In this document: piece after piece, positions 38,801 through 51,799 of the stretch
How the letters are laid out: the number at the start of each line of letters is the position of its first letter
How positions within the stretch are numbered: position 1 is the stretch's first letter
Translations under genes and position numbers: made by a program
Notes under the pieces: generated by a model
The model's input: the letters and a program-made list of their open reading frames with translations, nothing else
Databases searched by the model: none
Told to the model about the DNA's origin: nothing
Source: Phoronis australis
Lineage: Eukaryota; Animalia; Phoronida
Assembly: GCA_002633005.1 (NCBI GenBank)
Contig: NMRA01000480.1
Coordinates: forward strand, 1-64,000
DNA: 64,000 bases
Direction: 5' to 3'

Positions 38801-41800
38801 TTGCCACATTTGATTTTCTAGATCTATACAACGCTGTCGAAATTCTTTTAAAAATCGAAGCTCATTACGCACGCCTTTTGAATACCACACAATTCCATAT
38901 CCATAGGGGTATAATATTTTTTCATTTCCAGAGCCCAACAGTCTCAGTTTTCTCTGCCATTTAAATAGTAACAATAGCAGTAGTTACTACATGTTTTTAT
39001 TGTTCTAATTACTATTAGTAATATCAGAATTACCAGGTGTTATTATTATTGGTGTTATTATTATTGGTATTTTTATTATCTTTGTTATCACCATTTTCAA
39101 ATTATGTGTGTGAATGTCTGTTAGAGTGAGTGAGTGAAATTTCTCAAATTTTGTTTATTTAAGACAGACTACAAGAACTGGCAAGGGCACCCCACACCAC
39201 CTTCACTAATTGTGGTGATAATATTAATGAGAGTGAAAAAACTAACAGTGCAAGTGACAAATGAACTACTAGCCTGTTGTGAAACTGATTGATGCTGATG
39301 AATCTAGACTTTCATATGGATCAGATATGCAGTTCAACAGTCATATCTAATGGTGGTTGACCATCCCCATTTCATTTCAAAACCAGTACTATCCCCACAG
39401 TGGTATCCAGTTATGTAATCGAATTAGCTTGCTCAGGCCAAGCCTGATAACATCAGTTAATACCCTGCATTGTTGTCTTTGCCAGGTCTACTAAAGAACT
39501 GCTTGAGAATAGACAGTCACTCACCAAGAGGGATAGTAAATTTAAGCAACTAATCATATATTCCTAAAAATGTTTATGCACACTGCTAGGTCATTGTTCA
39601 TTTTTTCTTAGAACTTGACCATTTGATTCTAATGCAGTCACCTTAGAATTAAAGTATTTTAGGTGCATAATAAGTTATTCTATGCTGGAGTTTTCATGGA
39701 TATTTTTCATACCAGTATAAGCAACTGTAGTACCCAAAACAGTGAACAAGTTTGTCACAAAAGCACTCTATTCTCTAGATTCAATTCATGTGTTATATTT
39801 GAGGATCATTCTTTTGGCCTGAAATTTGTTGTTCTGTCTTTGATAAATTTGTATTTTTTTCTTTTCTTTGTATGCACTTTTACTTTTTACCATCTTTAAA
39901 CCTCTGCTTTACACCTTTGCTTTTCACCAGGTTCCTAATTTCTGGGTGTACAATCTCAAAATCTCTGAATCAAAGTCTAACTGTTATAAACCAGTTGACA
40001 CACTGGCTGGTTGACTTCCAAGCTGTATTGACCATTTATTGCTCTGTTTGCATCACATTACCATGCAGAGGACAACAGGAGATTGGCAATCTTCAGTGGC
40101 TAAGAAAGATTTCCCACACCTTGGCTAGAGTGATAGGTTCTCTATAAAGTAAAGATTCCTCAATTTATAACGCAATATGGTGGAACAGTATCAATTTTAT
40201 TTTGTCAAATTTTCAACAAAAGTAAAAGGGATGAAAACATTTACTTCGCTACTTGTTAAACTGGAAAAATGGCAAATTTGGCAATTGTGGAATCTGTTGA
40301 TATAACAAGGAGAACCCAAAACTATGGCAGCCGCATTTTAGCACATCCAAACTTATTTAAACAAGAACATTATTTTACCATCCTTTAGGCTGTTGAATCA
40401 CATGGTCATTCAAATGGTACTTTGCTATTTTTACTTTCTACTCATTCGTAAATAAATTGTTTAACAGACACTTTACACGTGTGCATCTTAATTCGTTGTA
40501 CACCAGCAAATTTTAATTCATTTACGATAATGTAATGCATTTTAAGTTGATTGGTGAAATCAAGTACCCAGCAAAACCATTCTGTTTGGGGAACCTCTCC
40601 CTATNATGGTCATTCAAATGGTACTTTGCTATTTTTACTTTCTACTCATTCGTAAATAAATTGTTTAACAGACACTTTACATGTGTGCATCTTAATTCGT
40701 TGTACACCAGCAAATTTTAATTCATTTACGATGAAATTTGTTTCGTTAGTTTATTCCCTTTAACTTAAATGTTTTTCACATTCCCATCAATAGGGCAAAA
40801 TCATCATGTGGTGAATCAAAGCTGTAGTTGTGAAATTTAGCATATTTTTGAGAAAGTGAATTTTCTGTTTGAGCTAAGATACCTGTAGCTTGAAAACTAA
40901 TTCGGGAACCCTACTTTTTTGCTCATGTCATTGCACATACACAGGACATTAAAGAAAAACTTTAAAAAATTAATTTTTTCGATTAAATTTTTGCATAGAA
41001 GCCAAAATGCTCAATTCTGAGGTACCCAAAAATCATGGAAAAATAAATGTGCTCTAACACTGATGTAAGAAAACCATTTAACTGGGAAATATTATTAAAG
41101 CAGTTGCAATATAAAATTGACATCCTGCGGAACGGTTCCGCAAGTGTTCCATTTATTATGTGCCCACATATTTATATGTGGACGCATTATGCCGTCATCT
41201 CCGTCCGTCCGTACGGGCGGCATCCGTCCGGCGTCCGCTGCTCTATCTCCAAAACCCTTTTGACATATGTTCATGAAATTTGGCACATATGTTCCATTCA
41301 TGAATGGGATGGCGAACTTTCGGACGGATCCGACTACCGGTGTGCCCCCTAGTGGCAATTTTAGTTTTTTTACGCTTACCTTTGTATCTTCAAAAGTCCT
41401 GAACGGATTTTCATGAAATTTGGTGTGTAGGCACCTATTAGTGAGATGACGCTATCCTCCCGTTTTCAGATGGATTCGACATAGTTTGCGCCACCTAGCG
41501 GCCATTTTTAGTGTTTTCGAGTCTTTTTTGCGTCCACCCCTCTATCAACCAAACCGCTCAAAGGATGATTGTGAAAATTGGCATGTATATGCTTACTATG
41601 TAGAGGACGGTTGACGATGATTTTCAGACGATTTCCACTACTGTGGCACCTCCTAGTGGCAGTTTTGTTTTTTTGCACCTATGGCTGTATCTTCTAAACC
41701 GTTCGCAGGATCTTTACGAAATTTAATAAGTGTATTTATATTATGTTAACAACAGACGATGACGACTTTTGGATTGATCCGCCTACCAGTGTGCCCCCTA

Positions 41801-44046
41801 GTGGCAAATTTATTTTTTTACGTTTACCTCTGTATCTTCACAAGTAATTAACGGATTTTCATGAAATTTGGTATGTAGGCAATGACGCTATCCTCCTGTT
41901 TTCGGATGGATTCGACCTAGTTTGCGACACCCAGTGGCCGTTTTTACTGTTTTTGAGTCTGTTTTTTGGCGTCCACCCCTCTATCAACCAAACCGCTATA
42001 AGTATGATTGTGAAAATTGGCATTTATGTTCTTACTATGAAGCGGACGGTCGACGCTCAATTTCCCATGACTTTGATTACTGTGGCGCCTCCTAGTGACA
42101 GTTTTTTTTGCGCTCATGGCTGTATCTCCCAAACCGTTTGCAGGATCTTTACTAAATTTAGCAAGTTATTTATGTGATGTTGACAACGTACGATGACGAC
42201 TTTAGGATGATTCTGACTACCGGTATGCCTCTAGTGGCAATTTTAGTATTTTACATTGACCTCTGTATTTTCATAGGTCTTCAGGTGTATACTTTGTGTT
42301 ACTTCATGACTATGAAAGAAAAGTTCCAAGTAGAAATTTGTTTCTGGCATTCTAATGCTGTGCTAATCTCGTATGTTGGTAAATTTGTTTTTAATTCTAT
42401 GTTTCTTTGGTGCTTTAAGCAACTGATGTATAGGATGTGCTTGTATTATGAAGATCACTCACATTTTGCCCCTAGCCTATTGAGGAGACAATGACCATGC
42501 CTTTCCATTTTGCAAAGTACAACATACTACATATATGCCCTCTACTGGCCACTTTATGGTACCAATAAACAACCCTAGAAGGATACCGTATGCGGTGCAA
42601 TTGTGGGAACATTTCAACGCTCTGCGTTGCTCTTGTTAGTTAATTATTGTTACGGTACAAATTCTTATACATTTATGTTTCATACTTGTTGCACATTAAC
42701 ATTTGAATATTCCGTATCATGTATTAACATTCTACCAAAAGCGGTAAAATGGCATAGACAAGATATCAATTTTCCCTGAGTCTGCTAGGGGTAGGTTTTT
42801 GCATCAAAAACCATTCAGCAAGTTCATCACTGATTAATTATGGTTCATGTTGACACATTGATATGTCCATGTGTTATTGAGAATAGAATATATTTCAACC
42901 TTAATGTGTAAGAAGTTTAAAAAATTGTGAGCTCCACAAAACTGTAGTTTGCGGAACGTTTCCACATGCGGAATGGTTCCGCAACTGTCACTTTTATTAA
43001 TTAATTATTGTTAGAGTAGAAATTCTGATACTTTTATGTTTAATGCTTTTTGTATGTTAAGATTCGAATATTGCATGGCTTGTGTTAAGAATAGAGTATT
43101 TTTCTCAACTGAAATGTTCAAGAAAATTTTTTTAAAACTTGTGAGGATCATAAAAGTATTGTTTGCGGCACGGTTCCGCTTGCGGAACGGTTCCGCAACT
43201 GTCACATTGATCAACTAGTTACTGTTAGGATTGTCACATTGATACTTTCAAGTGGCATTGGTAATGTAATGCATTTTAAGTTGATTGGTGAAATCAAGTA
43301 CCCAGCAAAACCATTCTGTTTGGGGAACCTCTCCCTATACAGAACGGTTCCGCATGCGGAATGGTTCCGCAACTGTCACATTGATCAAGTAATTATTATC
43401 AGGATTGTCACATTGATACTTTCAAGTGGTATTGATTATGGAATGCATTTTAACTTTATTGTGTTCTCCAAAAAACTATTCGTTTGCAGAACCGTTCCGC
43501 ATGTGGAACCCTTCTGCAACCGTCACCTTGATTAATATATTATTGAGAGTGGGCACATTATACTCTCAAGTACTATTGAGAATGGAATATAATTCATGTT
43601 TATTGGGCCGGGAGAAAATTAAAAATTTTAGTCCTGTGCTAAACTTTTCTGTTTGTGGAACCCTTCTGGAACTTTCACATTGATTTTTAAAAGTAAATTA
43701 TTATTTTGATTATTATTCCACAAAATATACATAATATTTCTCAAGTCACAGTATTCCACAAAACTTGTGCAGTGCGTAATATTCCGCAAAATCTGCGGAA
43801 TATTCCGCACATTTGCGGATTATTCCGCAAGTGTGCGTAATATTCCGCAAGGCAAAAATTGATCTTCTAATTAAGAAAATGCTAATTGAGGAAATAAAAA
43901 TGTAACATTGTAAACATGTTCAGGGTAAGGTATAGATTTGTTACATACCATTTTTTATGGCCCTAAGTGGATATTAAAAAAGTGCGGAACCGTTCCGCAC
44001 ACTTTGAGACTAAATAATATTGTCTCATTTGAAAAAATATCGCCTT
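35803..44046. mobile_element. 8.2-kb foldback-like element with >1-kb inverted arms and 4-bp TSD (TCAG)
   Basis: TCAG|aaggcgatattttctcaaatgagacaatattatttagtctcaaagtgtgcg... mirrored by ...cgcacactttgagactaaataatattgtctcatttgaaaaaatatcgcctt|TCAG; arms built of subrepeats carrying the palindrome tgcggaaccgttccgca. Confidence 0.85.
41155..42637 (-). mobile_element. HINE-like repeat with (GTCC)-type microsatellite and internal ~440-bp tandem blocks, nested in the foldback element
   Basis: tttattatgtgcccacata-ttta-tatgtgg hairpin, then ccgtccgtcc tract, duplicated blocks (41330-41780 vs 41780-42260), end gctcttgtt. Confidence 0.7.
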
Positions 44047-44553
44047 TCAGGTGTTTTGTGCACTGGGCCCAACCATGAGGCCTGTGCACGTCTGATGCAC
44101 CGCATATGACATCACACCACCTGCACTGTTTTTTTTAATGGTCTCAATTTGTTCTTGGTTGAAGATGACCTTGACTTTGCTGGGCCATAAGGTGCATCTG
44201 TTTTTTACATTAACCTCATCATGGCTGCCAATTGTTAATGCATAGCTATTTGTAGGCATGTGGGGTACATGTTAATACAAGACCAAATAGACTGTTTAGT
44301 GAATTTTCAAGTGATAGACTGGTCTTCACTTGTTATTGTGATATATGGTTAATTTATAGACTCATGAGTTGTATATTTATTTGAGGGAAGGAGGTTACAA
44401 ACACAATACAGTAAAAGGCTCAGGAAGGGGTGTGGAGGTATTGATTAATAGACCTTTGATCAAAGTGATATGTTGGCACTGTCCGAGAGAGTGCTGCTTG
44501 TGCATTACGTTATGTTATTCCTTTCTGTTCAGTACCGTGTTCTGTGCTTACAG

Positions 44554-44677
44554 TCGCAGTTCGAGGTTTCTTCACCAGTTGGTTAATATCGAAGAAGGCC
44601 ACAAAGTTCATGGCCCCCAGTGCTGTTGTCAGGATCACATTTGTTGTGGCTTCCCTGTTTGCCTGGCCTCACATAGG
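44554..44677 (+). CDS. ANKH: ANKH coding exon 11 (VAVRGFFTSWLISKKATKFMAPSAVVRITFVVASLFAWPHIG)
   Basis: cttacag| acceptor, AGG|gtaagg donor; 124 nt, phase 1 to 2; APSAVVRI resembles APSSVLRI. Confidence 0.93.
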
Positions 44678-45746
44678 GTAAGGAGATAACGCATTGATAT
44701 CTTTTGTTCTTGATACTAAGCTGAAGAAATGCCTGCTAAACTCGTATTTTAACCTTTTTACAGATATTGAATAAGCTAATGCACTGAATCCTCCATTAAC
44801 TTTAAGTACTTTCCTTCCAAGTTAGCTGTATCACTAAACGTGACTAATGCTTTGGCTGTGATAAGTCACATTTGTATGAGACAGCTATCACGGAGCAACT
44901 TACACAGAGCAGCTGATCGGGTGCAAGTGTGAGTGTGTGAACATGACTGACATGGGCAAGTGTGTTTGTGTGAACATGACTGACATGGGCAAGTGGCGAC
45001 CATTTTTGACTCCGGTTTGATAGGTAGAGTGGGTTGCACTGAATCAGTTGCTTCAGCTTCAACTACACGTTTAAACACAACCGGGGCAGAGTGTAATACC
45101 AAATATACAGGTGATCCGCTGGCATTCCATGTGGTTTTGACGCTTGCTATTTTTTATACGCGAGCATGCGCAGACAGTCTTTGTTTAAGTGACTCATGCT
45201 GGTCCAGTTTACGTTGGAATGTCATGTAAATGCAAATAAAGTGGAGCAAGTGGAGTGTCATGACAACTGACATGGTGACAACTGTCTCTGGTGTAAAAGC
45301 ATAGACCACTTAGCCACTCGTCCAGTCGCCAATACGAGTAAAAATGGTGTTGGGCGAGTAGAGGTTCACTTGCCGGTCGCCCCGGTGGTGAGCAAATTTT
45401 CAGCACTATATCGTTTCCCAGATGAACATGAATAAATTTTCTCCTCCTTGTGCTGTTTATATCATGAATTTAAGGTTCAGTTTGGTCAGCGTGTCGATGT
45501 TCCTGCAGTAAAAAACATCAGTGCAGTGTGATCCTACTGATTCAGTAGATGTCACCCGTTACGTGATTCGTCTAGACAAAAGATCACAGTAAGCGGTCGT
45601 GCACAAAGGAATTTGTGGACTTGTCCGAAACGAAGAAAAGGTGTTAGAGACGGAAGACCGATCCATGTGCTCAAAGCGAGTGAAGTAACATATTTCTTAT
45701 TTAATGTACAATATCATTTTAGCCAAAACTATTTTATAAATAATAA

Positions 45747-46874
45747 CATTCGTCCTAATAAGCACCCATGCCTCTATAAGCGCGCTCCCCTACTCCGCGT
45801 TTTCAGACTTCGCTAAAATAAGCGTCCAGTCCATGAACGTGTTCATGCGAAAAATGCCATACCTACAGTTCTAAAATTATACAATGTCTTCAATTTATCA
45901 ATAATATCCGACAGTCCTGAAAAATCATTGTGTGCGGAATTTCTAGACCACGAGCTTTGCCGCTATGTCGGTATTAAGCCGTGGCTGTACACTTCAAACT
46001 TCCGCAGTGCCTCAAAAATAGGACGCAAAAGTTTTGCTGATCTTGCGAGGAACCATGTCCCACTGTGGTCAGGCCTTTTAAAATAGACGCAGCATACTTG
46101 TCAATGGGACTGTATTGTATCTTTCCTGTACAGATCTTCTCCCTCAACAGAAATCCAGATTACTTAGTACACGTAAAAACCGCGAATCGAAACTCGACCA
46201 GTGTTAATGAGCATGTGGCCAAGAAGCGTGCACTAGGGCCTACATATATGTGGGCCTGCTACTCTACATATATGTGGGCCTGCTACTCTACATATATGTG
46301 GGCCTGCTACTCTGGCAAATGAACTCTGATGACACGCACGTGCTCATTCACTCACCACACACCTGCAGACTAACTTCAGAACAAATGTCACGTGACAACA
46401 ACGCGTGTTCGTCCAGATTTTTCTCGTGTTGCGGGATGTGATCTAGCGCAGATTTTGACTTAATATGCAGTTAATCCCGATTCCAGAGGAACTTAAAACT
46501 CTTAGGGACGCTATTTGGATTTCAGGTAATTTGTGGAGTCGAAGCTGTATTTTTACTCAAGAATTCAAGTTCCCTATCGACGAGCGCGAGGCTGCGACGC
46601 ATCAGTCGGCAAGTTTTCGCCCTGGGATTTCTGCACTTCTTTTAAAAAAAGATCGTAATTTAACAACAAATTTTGAAAGCAAGGCACCACAGTTTTGTAG
46701 AAAGTCTGTCATAAGTTACAGATATGTCACAGTGTGTAAATTTGGTGAATCCTAGCTTCCGATTTCACCTGTTTCAGAGACCGGGTTTCAACCGCCCTAG
46801 GCTACAACCAGCATCCCCCCTTCCGAAACGAATTTTTCTAAGCACCCTGAGCGCTTATTAGGGTGAGTACAGTA
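45747..46874. mobile_element. Probable Mariner-type MITE
   Basis: Left attcgtcctaataagcaccc resembles the reverse complement of right gagcgcttattagggtgagtacagta; includes a 24-bp x3 repeat at 46241-46312. Confidence 0.5.
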
Positions 46875-47439
46875 GACCTAATAGATTGTGACATCACCGC
46901 ACGAAATGATGATTTTTATTTACGCTGGCAGCAAGTTTGTGGTGATAGACCCAAACGGCCGGGCGACTGAACTTCAGGCTGGGCAAGTAGATTTTCTGGC
47001 TCACTCGCCCAGCTGGTGAGCAGGGTTTTGAAACCCGGGTATATCCCTGAGACCACCCTACTTGAAACACAGAATCCAGTTTGTGATGGAGTGAGGAGAG
47101 GTGGTTTTGCTGAAACATGCTCTCTTTGGAAGACAGTGCTTAAGGTTATGAAGAATGCTATGACTAGTCGGTATACTAAGAACGTTATGACTAGTCCGTG
47201 TGTGAAGAATGTTATGACTAGTCTGTGTATATTGCTGAATATCTACAAAACCAAAGGATTTTACTCTGTAAAAATATGTAATTATTTTCTTAAAGTAGAA
47301 AACCTGTACAATTTGATTTGTGACTTTTTATCACTGCCGTTGACTGGATCATGTGACCGTGTCTTTTTAGTAAAATTTACCAACAAGCAGAGCTACTGTT
47401 ATGACCAAACAATGATATAAATGACATGACCAAATTTTT

Positions 47440-47715
47440 TTTGGAACCAAAGAACCGTACCTTGATGTGATAAGTGCACAGCCGTTTCGTCCATATCTCA
47501 CGGACTTGATTCACCACCTGCTGCACCCTCTGTCGTAATAGAATAAAACAATGAAAGCAATACCGGGGATTCCCTAGTGTCGGAGGAGGGTGGGTTGAAA
47601 TCCTATAACAGATCTGAATACACTGCATGTAGATCAAGTCGAGGATCTCTGTTAAGACTAAGTCTGTCTAGGTATGGACTTGGATCTCAATTGCTTGCCG
47701 TACCCTGCCCTTCCA
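47440..47715 (-). mobile_element. Penelope-like element 3' end (GIY-YIG C-terminus plus tail)
   Basis: Minus strand reads, across frameshifts, QAIEIQVH...SLNRDPRLDLHAVYSDLL*; homologous and inverted relative to 52785-53045. Confidence 0.75.
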
Positions 47716-47735
47716 CTTCTCTAAAGTAGACTTAA

Positions 47736-49620
47736 AGGAGAATGCCACCCAATGGGGCTATTCGGAAAATCTACAATAACTAGAGGGCGTGCGTGTACTA
47801 GTGGTGATAGATTAACAGCCTCGATAGCGCGAGCCCTTTAAATACATGGTGAAATGGCTTGCAGCCGTGCCAACTGAATCTGAGATTGCGTAAAAAGGGT
47901 GCTTCTATGAGAGGAAGTAAGCACGACCTCATACAAAGGTAAGGTTTGTGATTATTTTTACGATTATTCCATGATTATTCTACCGATGCCTGTTAACTGA
48001 GGCACTCGCCGATGTCGACTTCGCGGCAGTCAGTGGCCAGCCAGAGTCTGGTTAATCTTTATATGTTGTGATATGTGATACGATACTTGACGTAGCAATC
48101 GGGATCTTTCGTACATCAAAGCATTATTATTGTTTGGAATGATTTCTAAAAGTTTATCAGTGATAGTTACATCAATCAATGCTGAATNNNNNNNNNNNNN
48201 NNNNNNNNNNNNNNNNNNNNNNNNNNNNNNNNNNNNNNNNNNNNNNNNNNNNNNNNNNNNNNNNNNNNNNNNNNNNNNNNNNNNNNNNNNNNNNNNNNNN
48301 NNNNNNNNNNNNNNNNNNNNNNNNNNNNNNNNNNNNNNNNNNNNNNNNNNNNNNNNNNNNNNNNNNNNNNNNNNNNNNNNNNNNNNNNNNNNNNNNNNNN
48401 NNNNNNNNNNNNNNNNNNNNNNNNNNNNNNNNNNNNNNNNNNNNNNNNNNNNNNNNNNNNNNNNNNNNNNNNNNNNNNNNNNNNNNNNNNNNNNNNNNNN
48501 NNNNNNNNNNNNNNNNNNNNNNNNNNNNNNNNNNNNNNNNNNNNNNNNNNNNNNNNNNNNNNNNNNNNNNNNNNNNNNNNNNNNNNNNNNNNNNNNNNNN
48601 NNNNNNNNNNNNNNNNNNNNNNNNNNNNNNNNNNNNNNNNNNNNNNNNNNNNNNNNNNNNNNNNNNNNNNNNNNNNNNNNNNNNNNNNNNNNNNNNNNNN
48701 NNNNNNNNNNNNNNNNNNNNNNNNNNNNNNNNNNNNNNNNNNNNNNNNNNNNNNNNNNNNNNNNNNNNNNNNNNNNNNNNNNNNNNNNNNNNNNNNNNNN
48801 NNNNNNNNNNNNNNNNNNNNNNNNNNNNNNNNNNNNNNNNNNNNNNNNNNNNNNNNNNNNNNNNNNNNNNNNNNNNNNNNNNNNNNNNNNNNNNNNNNNN
48901 NNNNNNNNNNNNNNNNNNNNNNNNNNNNNNNNNNNNNNNNNNNNNNNNNNNNNNNNNNNNNNNNNNNNNNNNNNNNNNNNNNNNNNNNNNNNNCATAGAG
49001 CACACACGGGGCTTCAGCATCCACACACTTTTTGTCAGTTAGTTGACCCTGTTGACCGCAGTTGTCCACGAATATAGTAACCTTAGGTCTTTTGGGAATT
49101 TGTGGCCACCTGTCGAAGACTTGCACCAGGGAAATTAGCAGTAATAAGGCTTAGCGCGACGACGTATTTTGATAAAAATTCCATCTTTTACCAGTTGTTT
49201 ACATGCAGACAGCCACGCATGCGCAATTCAATCACCACTAGTACAGCAGCGACACCGCGAGGAGAATTCTCCGAATAGCCTCATTTAATTAGTCTTTTTT
49301 GCCATCTTAATCGGTCTATATCCACATCGCCTCGCATACGGTCGACCTTACCTTGCAAAGAGGTGTCGCGTTAACCTGTAAAGAAGGTGAGAAACGAGGC
49401 TAGCGACGTCAGTGGTTCATATACATCGGTGCATCATTCCCACTTGTCCGAACTAAGCAGCTGCGAGGAAAGCGGGTATGTCATTTTTTTTACTTCCTCG
49501 AGAGTCCGAAATGCTTAGGAAGTGGCTCATGGTAGTGAAGAATGAAATGTACGCTGTAAATAGCAAGTATGAGGCCATGAAACATCTCCGTGCCTGTGGT
49601 CTGACGAATGCTGGCTTACC
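47736..49620 (+). mobile_element. Kolobok-type element with decayed THAP domain (49411-49600) and a nested TIR element (47751-49285) spanning an N-gap
   Basis: TTAA|AGGAGAATGCCACCC terminus; RCIIPTCPN*AAARKAGMSFFLLPRESEMLRKWL is THAP-like; nested TIR aatggggctattcgg / ccgaatagcctcatt. Confidence 0.6.
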
Positions 49621-51700
49621 AAATAACTCCATACGTTCCGTTGTCTCAGCTTGTTCACGGCGCCTCTCTAATATTTCTTCATCACTGTATTCCTGTTCGA
49701 ATTGATTGCCTGTAAAACTTAATGATCCACCTGCGAAGTCGGGACTGATGAGCTCTACTTCGTCCTAAGTCGGGATTGCGAGTTGCCGTGTTGGTGTTTA
49801 CTAATGAGCGCTCTGTTTCAAAATGTATTATTCTCAACCTAACCAATACGTATATAAATCTGAAACAAAATCCGTCTCATTAGATGCAATTTGTAATGCC
49901 TTTGGAGTGTATGTGAGTGCAAATGATTTGAGAAGCCAGCAATGAATAAATCACTGCGTTACCGGCTTTAGGTGCAATAAAACTAATTGACGGGACACCG
50001 GGAGGCCGTGTGAGCTCATGCTAATTTAGTGTTTGCTGGCAGAAACTGTTGTGAAACAACTCGATTTCCATCCCACGGCCAGGTGTTTGGTGAATCTTTA
50101 TTTACATTTACATTACTCAAATAATGATTGTCAATGTACAACTTCTGCCCTGACAGTGCTGTGGCCAAAGCGGAACCTGAATTCGCAGCCCCCGACGAGT
50201 AAGTAGATTTGTAGTTTCGTGGCTAATTCACTAACATAATCACATGCACATTACTTTGGCTCACTAGTATAGTATTTTCTTGACTGGAAGTTTAGTTTCC
50301 GCTAAACTTTGGCTGGTTTATGTTCGTGATGTTTGATCAGTTTCCGAGCCACTGGCCGAGATAACGGCGGAGTCAACTCCGGCCGGCTGCGACAGACCTG
50401 ATCGGTTTCCGACCCACTGGCCAGGATAACAAGCGTTTTGTGTTTAGAGCTAAAAAAATCACACAAGTCTAAACAACACAGATCTAGGTTCTCCTGTCTG
50501 TATCTCACGGAAAATACTTCAAAATTATCTCCGAACAGACCCCAAACTCCTGCTACGGACCTTATTGGCCTGCCAAACTTTGTAGGCTACGGTGTGTCTA
50601 AATACCAATTGTAACAGGAGTGCCCTGGATATGATTATGTAAGTGAGATATATGCGCCCTCTAGTGGTCAAGCTGTGTATTACGTATGGAATTTTCCTAT
50701 GATGTTGAGTCCTTTGGACATGGCCAAATATGGTCAGAAGCTAGGAGCTATGGGCCTCGCCCTTCAGATCGTGTCTGATTGGTTGAAATTGTGTACTTAA
50801 GCTTTGTCTCTGTCAGACACGAGGAGTCCAGTCGCAGAGTTCAAGAAGCAAACATNNNNNNNNNNNNNNNNNNNNNNNNNNNNNNNNNNNNNNNNNNNNN
50901 NNNNNNNNNNNNNNNNNNNNNNNNNNNNNNNNNNNNNNNNNNNNNNNNNNNNNNNNNNNNNNNNNNNNNNNNNNNNNNNNNNNNNNNNNNNNNNNNNNNN
51001 NNNNNNNNNNNNNNNNNNNNNNNNNNNNNNNNNNNNNNNNNNNNNNNNNNNNNNNNNNNNNNNNNNNNNNNNNNNNNNNNNNNNNNNNNNNNNNNNNNNN
51101 NNNNNNNNNNNNNNNNNNNNNNNNNNNNNNNNNNNNNNNNNNNNNNNNNNNNNNNNNNNNNNNNNNNNNNNNNNNNNNNNNNNNNNNNNNNNNNNNNNNN
51201 NNNNNNNNNNNNNNNNNNNNNNNNNNNNNNNNNNNNNNNNNNNNNNNNNNNNNNNNNNNNNNNNNNNNNNNNNNNNNNNNNNNNNNNNNNNNNNNNNNNN
51301 NNNNNNNNNNNNNNNNNNNNNNNNNNNNNNNNNNNNNNNNNNNNNNNNNNNNNNNNNNNNNNNNNNNNNNNNNNNNNNNNNNNNNNNNNNNNNNNNNNNN
51401 NNNNNNNNNNNNNNNNNNNNNNNNNNNNNNNNNNNNNNNNNNNNNNNNNNNNNNNNNNNNNNNNNNNNNNNNNNNNNNNNNNNNNNNNNNNNNNNNNNNN
51501 NNNNNNNNNNNNNNNNNNNNNNNNNNNNNNNNNNNNNNNNNNNNNNNNNNNNNNNNNNNNNNNNNNNNNNNNNNNNNNNNNNNNNNNNNNNNNNNNNNNN
51601 NNNNNNNNNNNNNNNNNNNNNNNNNNNNNNNNNNNNNNNNNNNNNNNNNNNNNNNNNNNNNNNNNNNNNNNNNNNNNNNNNNNNNNNNNNNNNNNGTAAA

Positions 51701-51797
51701 GACTCCAGTGTAACCACTCCAGTGTAACCACTCCAGTGTAACCACTCCAGTGTAACCACTCTAGTGTAACCACTCCAGTGTAACCACTCTAGTGTAA
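51701..51797. repeat. 14-bp tandem repeat abutting the assembly gap
   Basis: Unit ccagtgtaaccact, ~7 visible copies. Confidence 0.9.
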
Positions 51798-51799
51798 TG

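Noticed and set aside
37480-40735. Direct duplications at 37485-37680, 38072-38610 and 40401-40732
   Set aside because: Each pair is centred on a single n (37570, 38339, 40605), typical of overlapping contig ends or haplotypes joined by the scaffolder; probably artefacts.
49745-49780. CTGATGAG as a hammerhead core
   Set aside because: No stem II-GAAA follows it.
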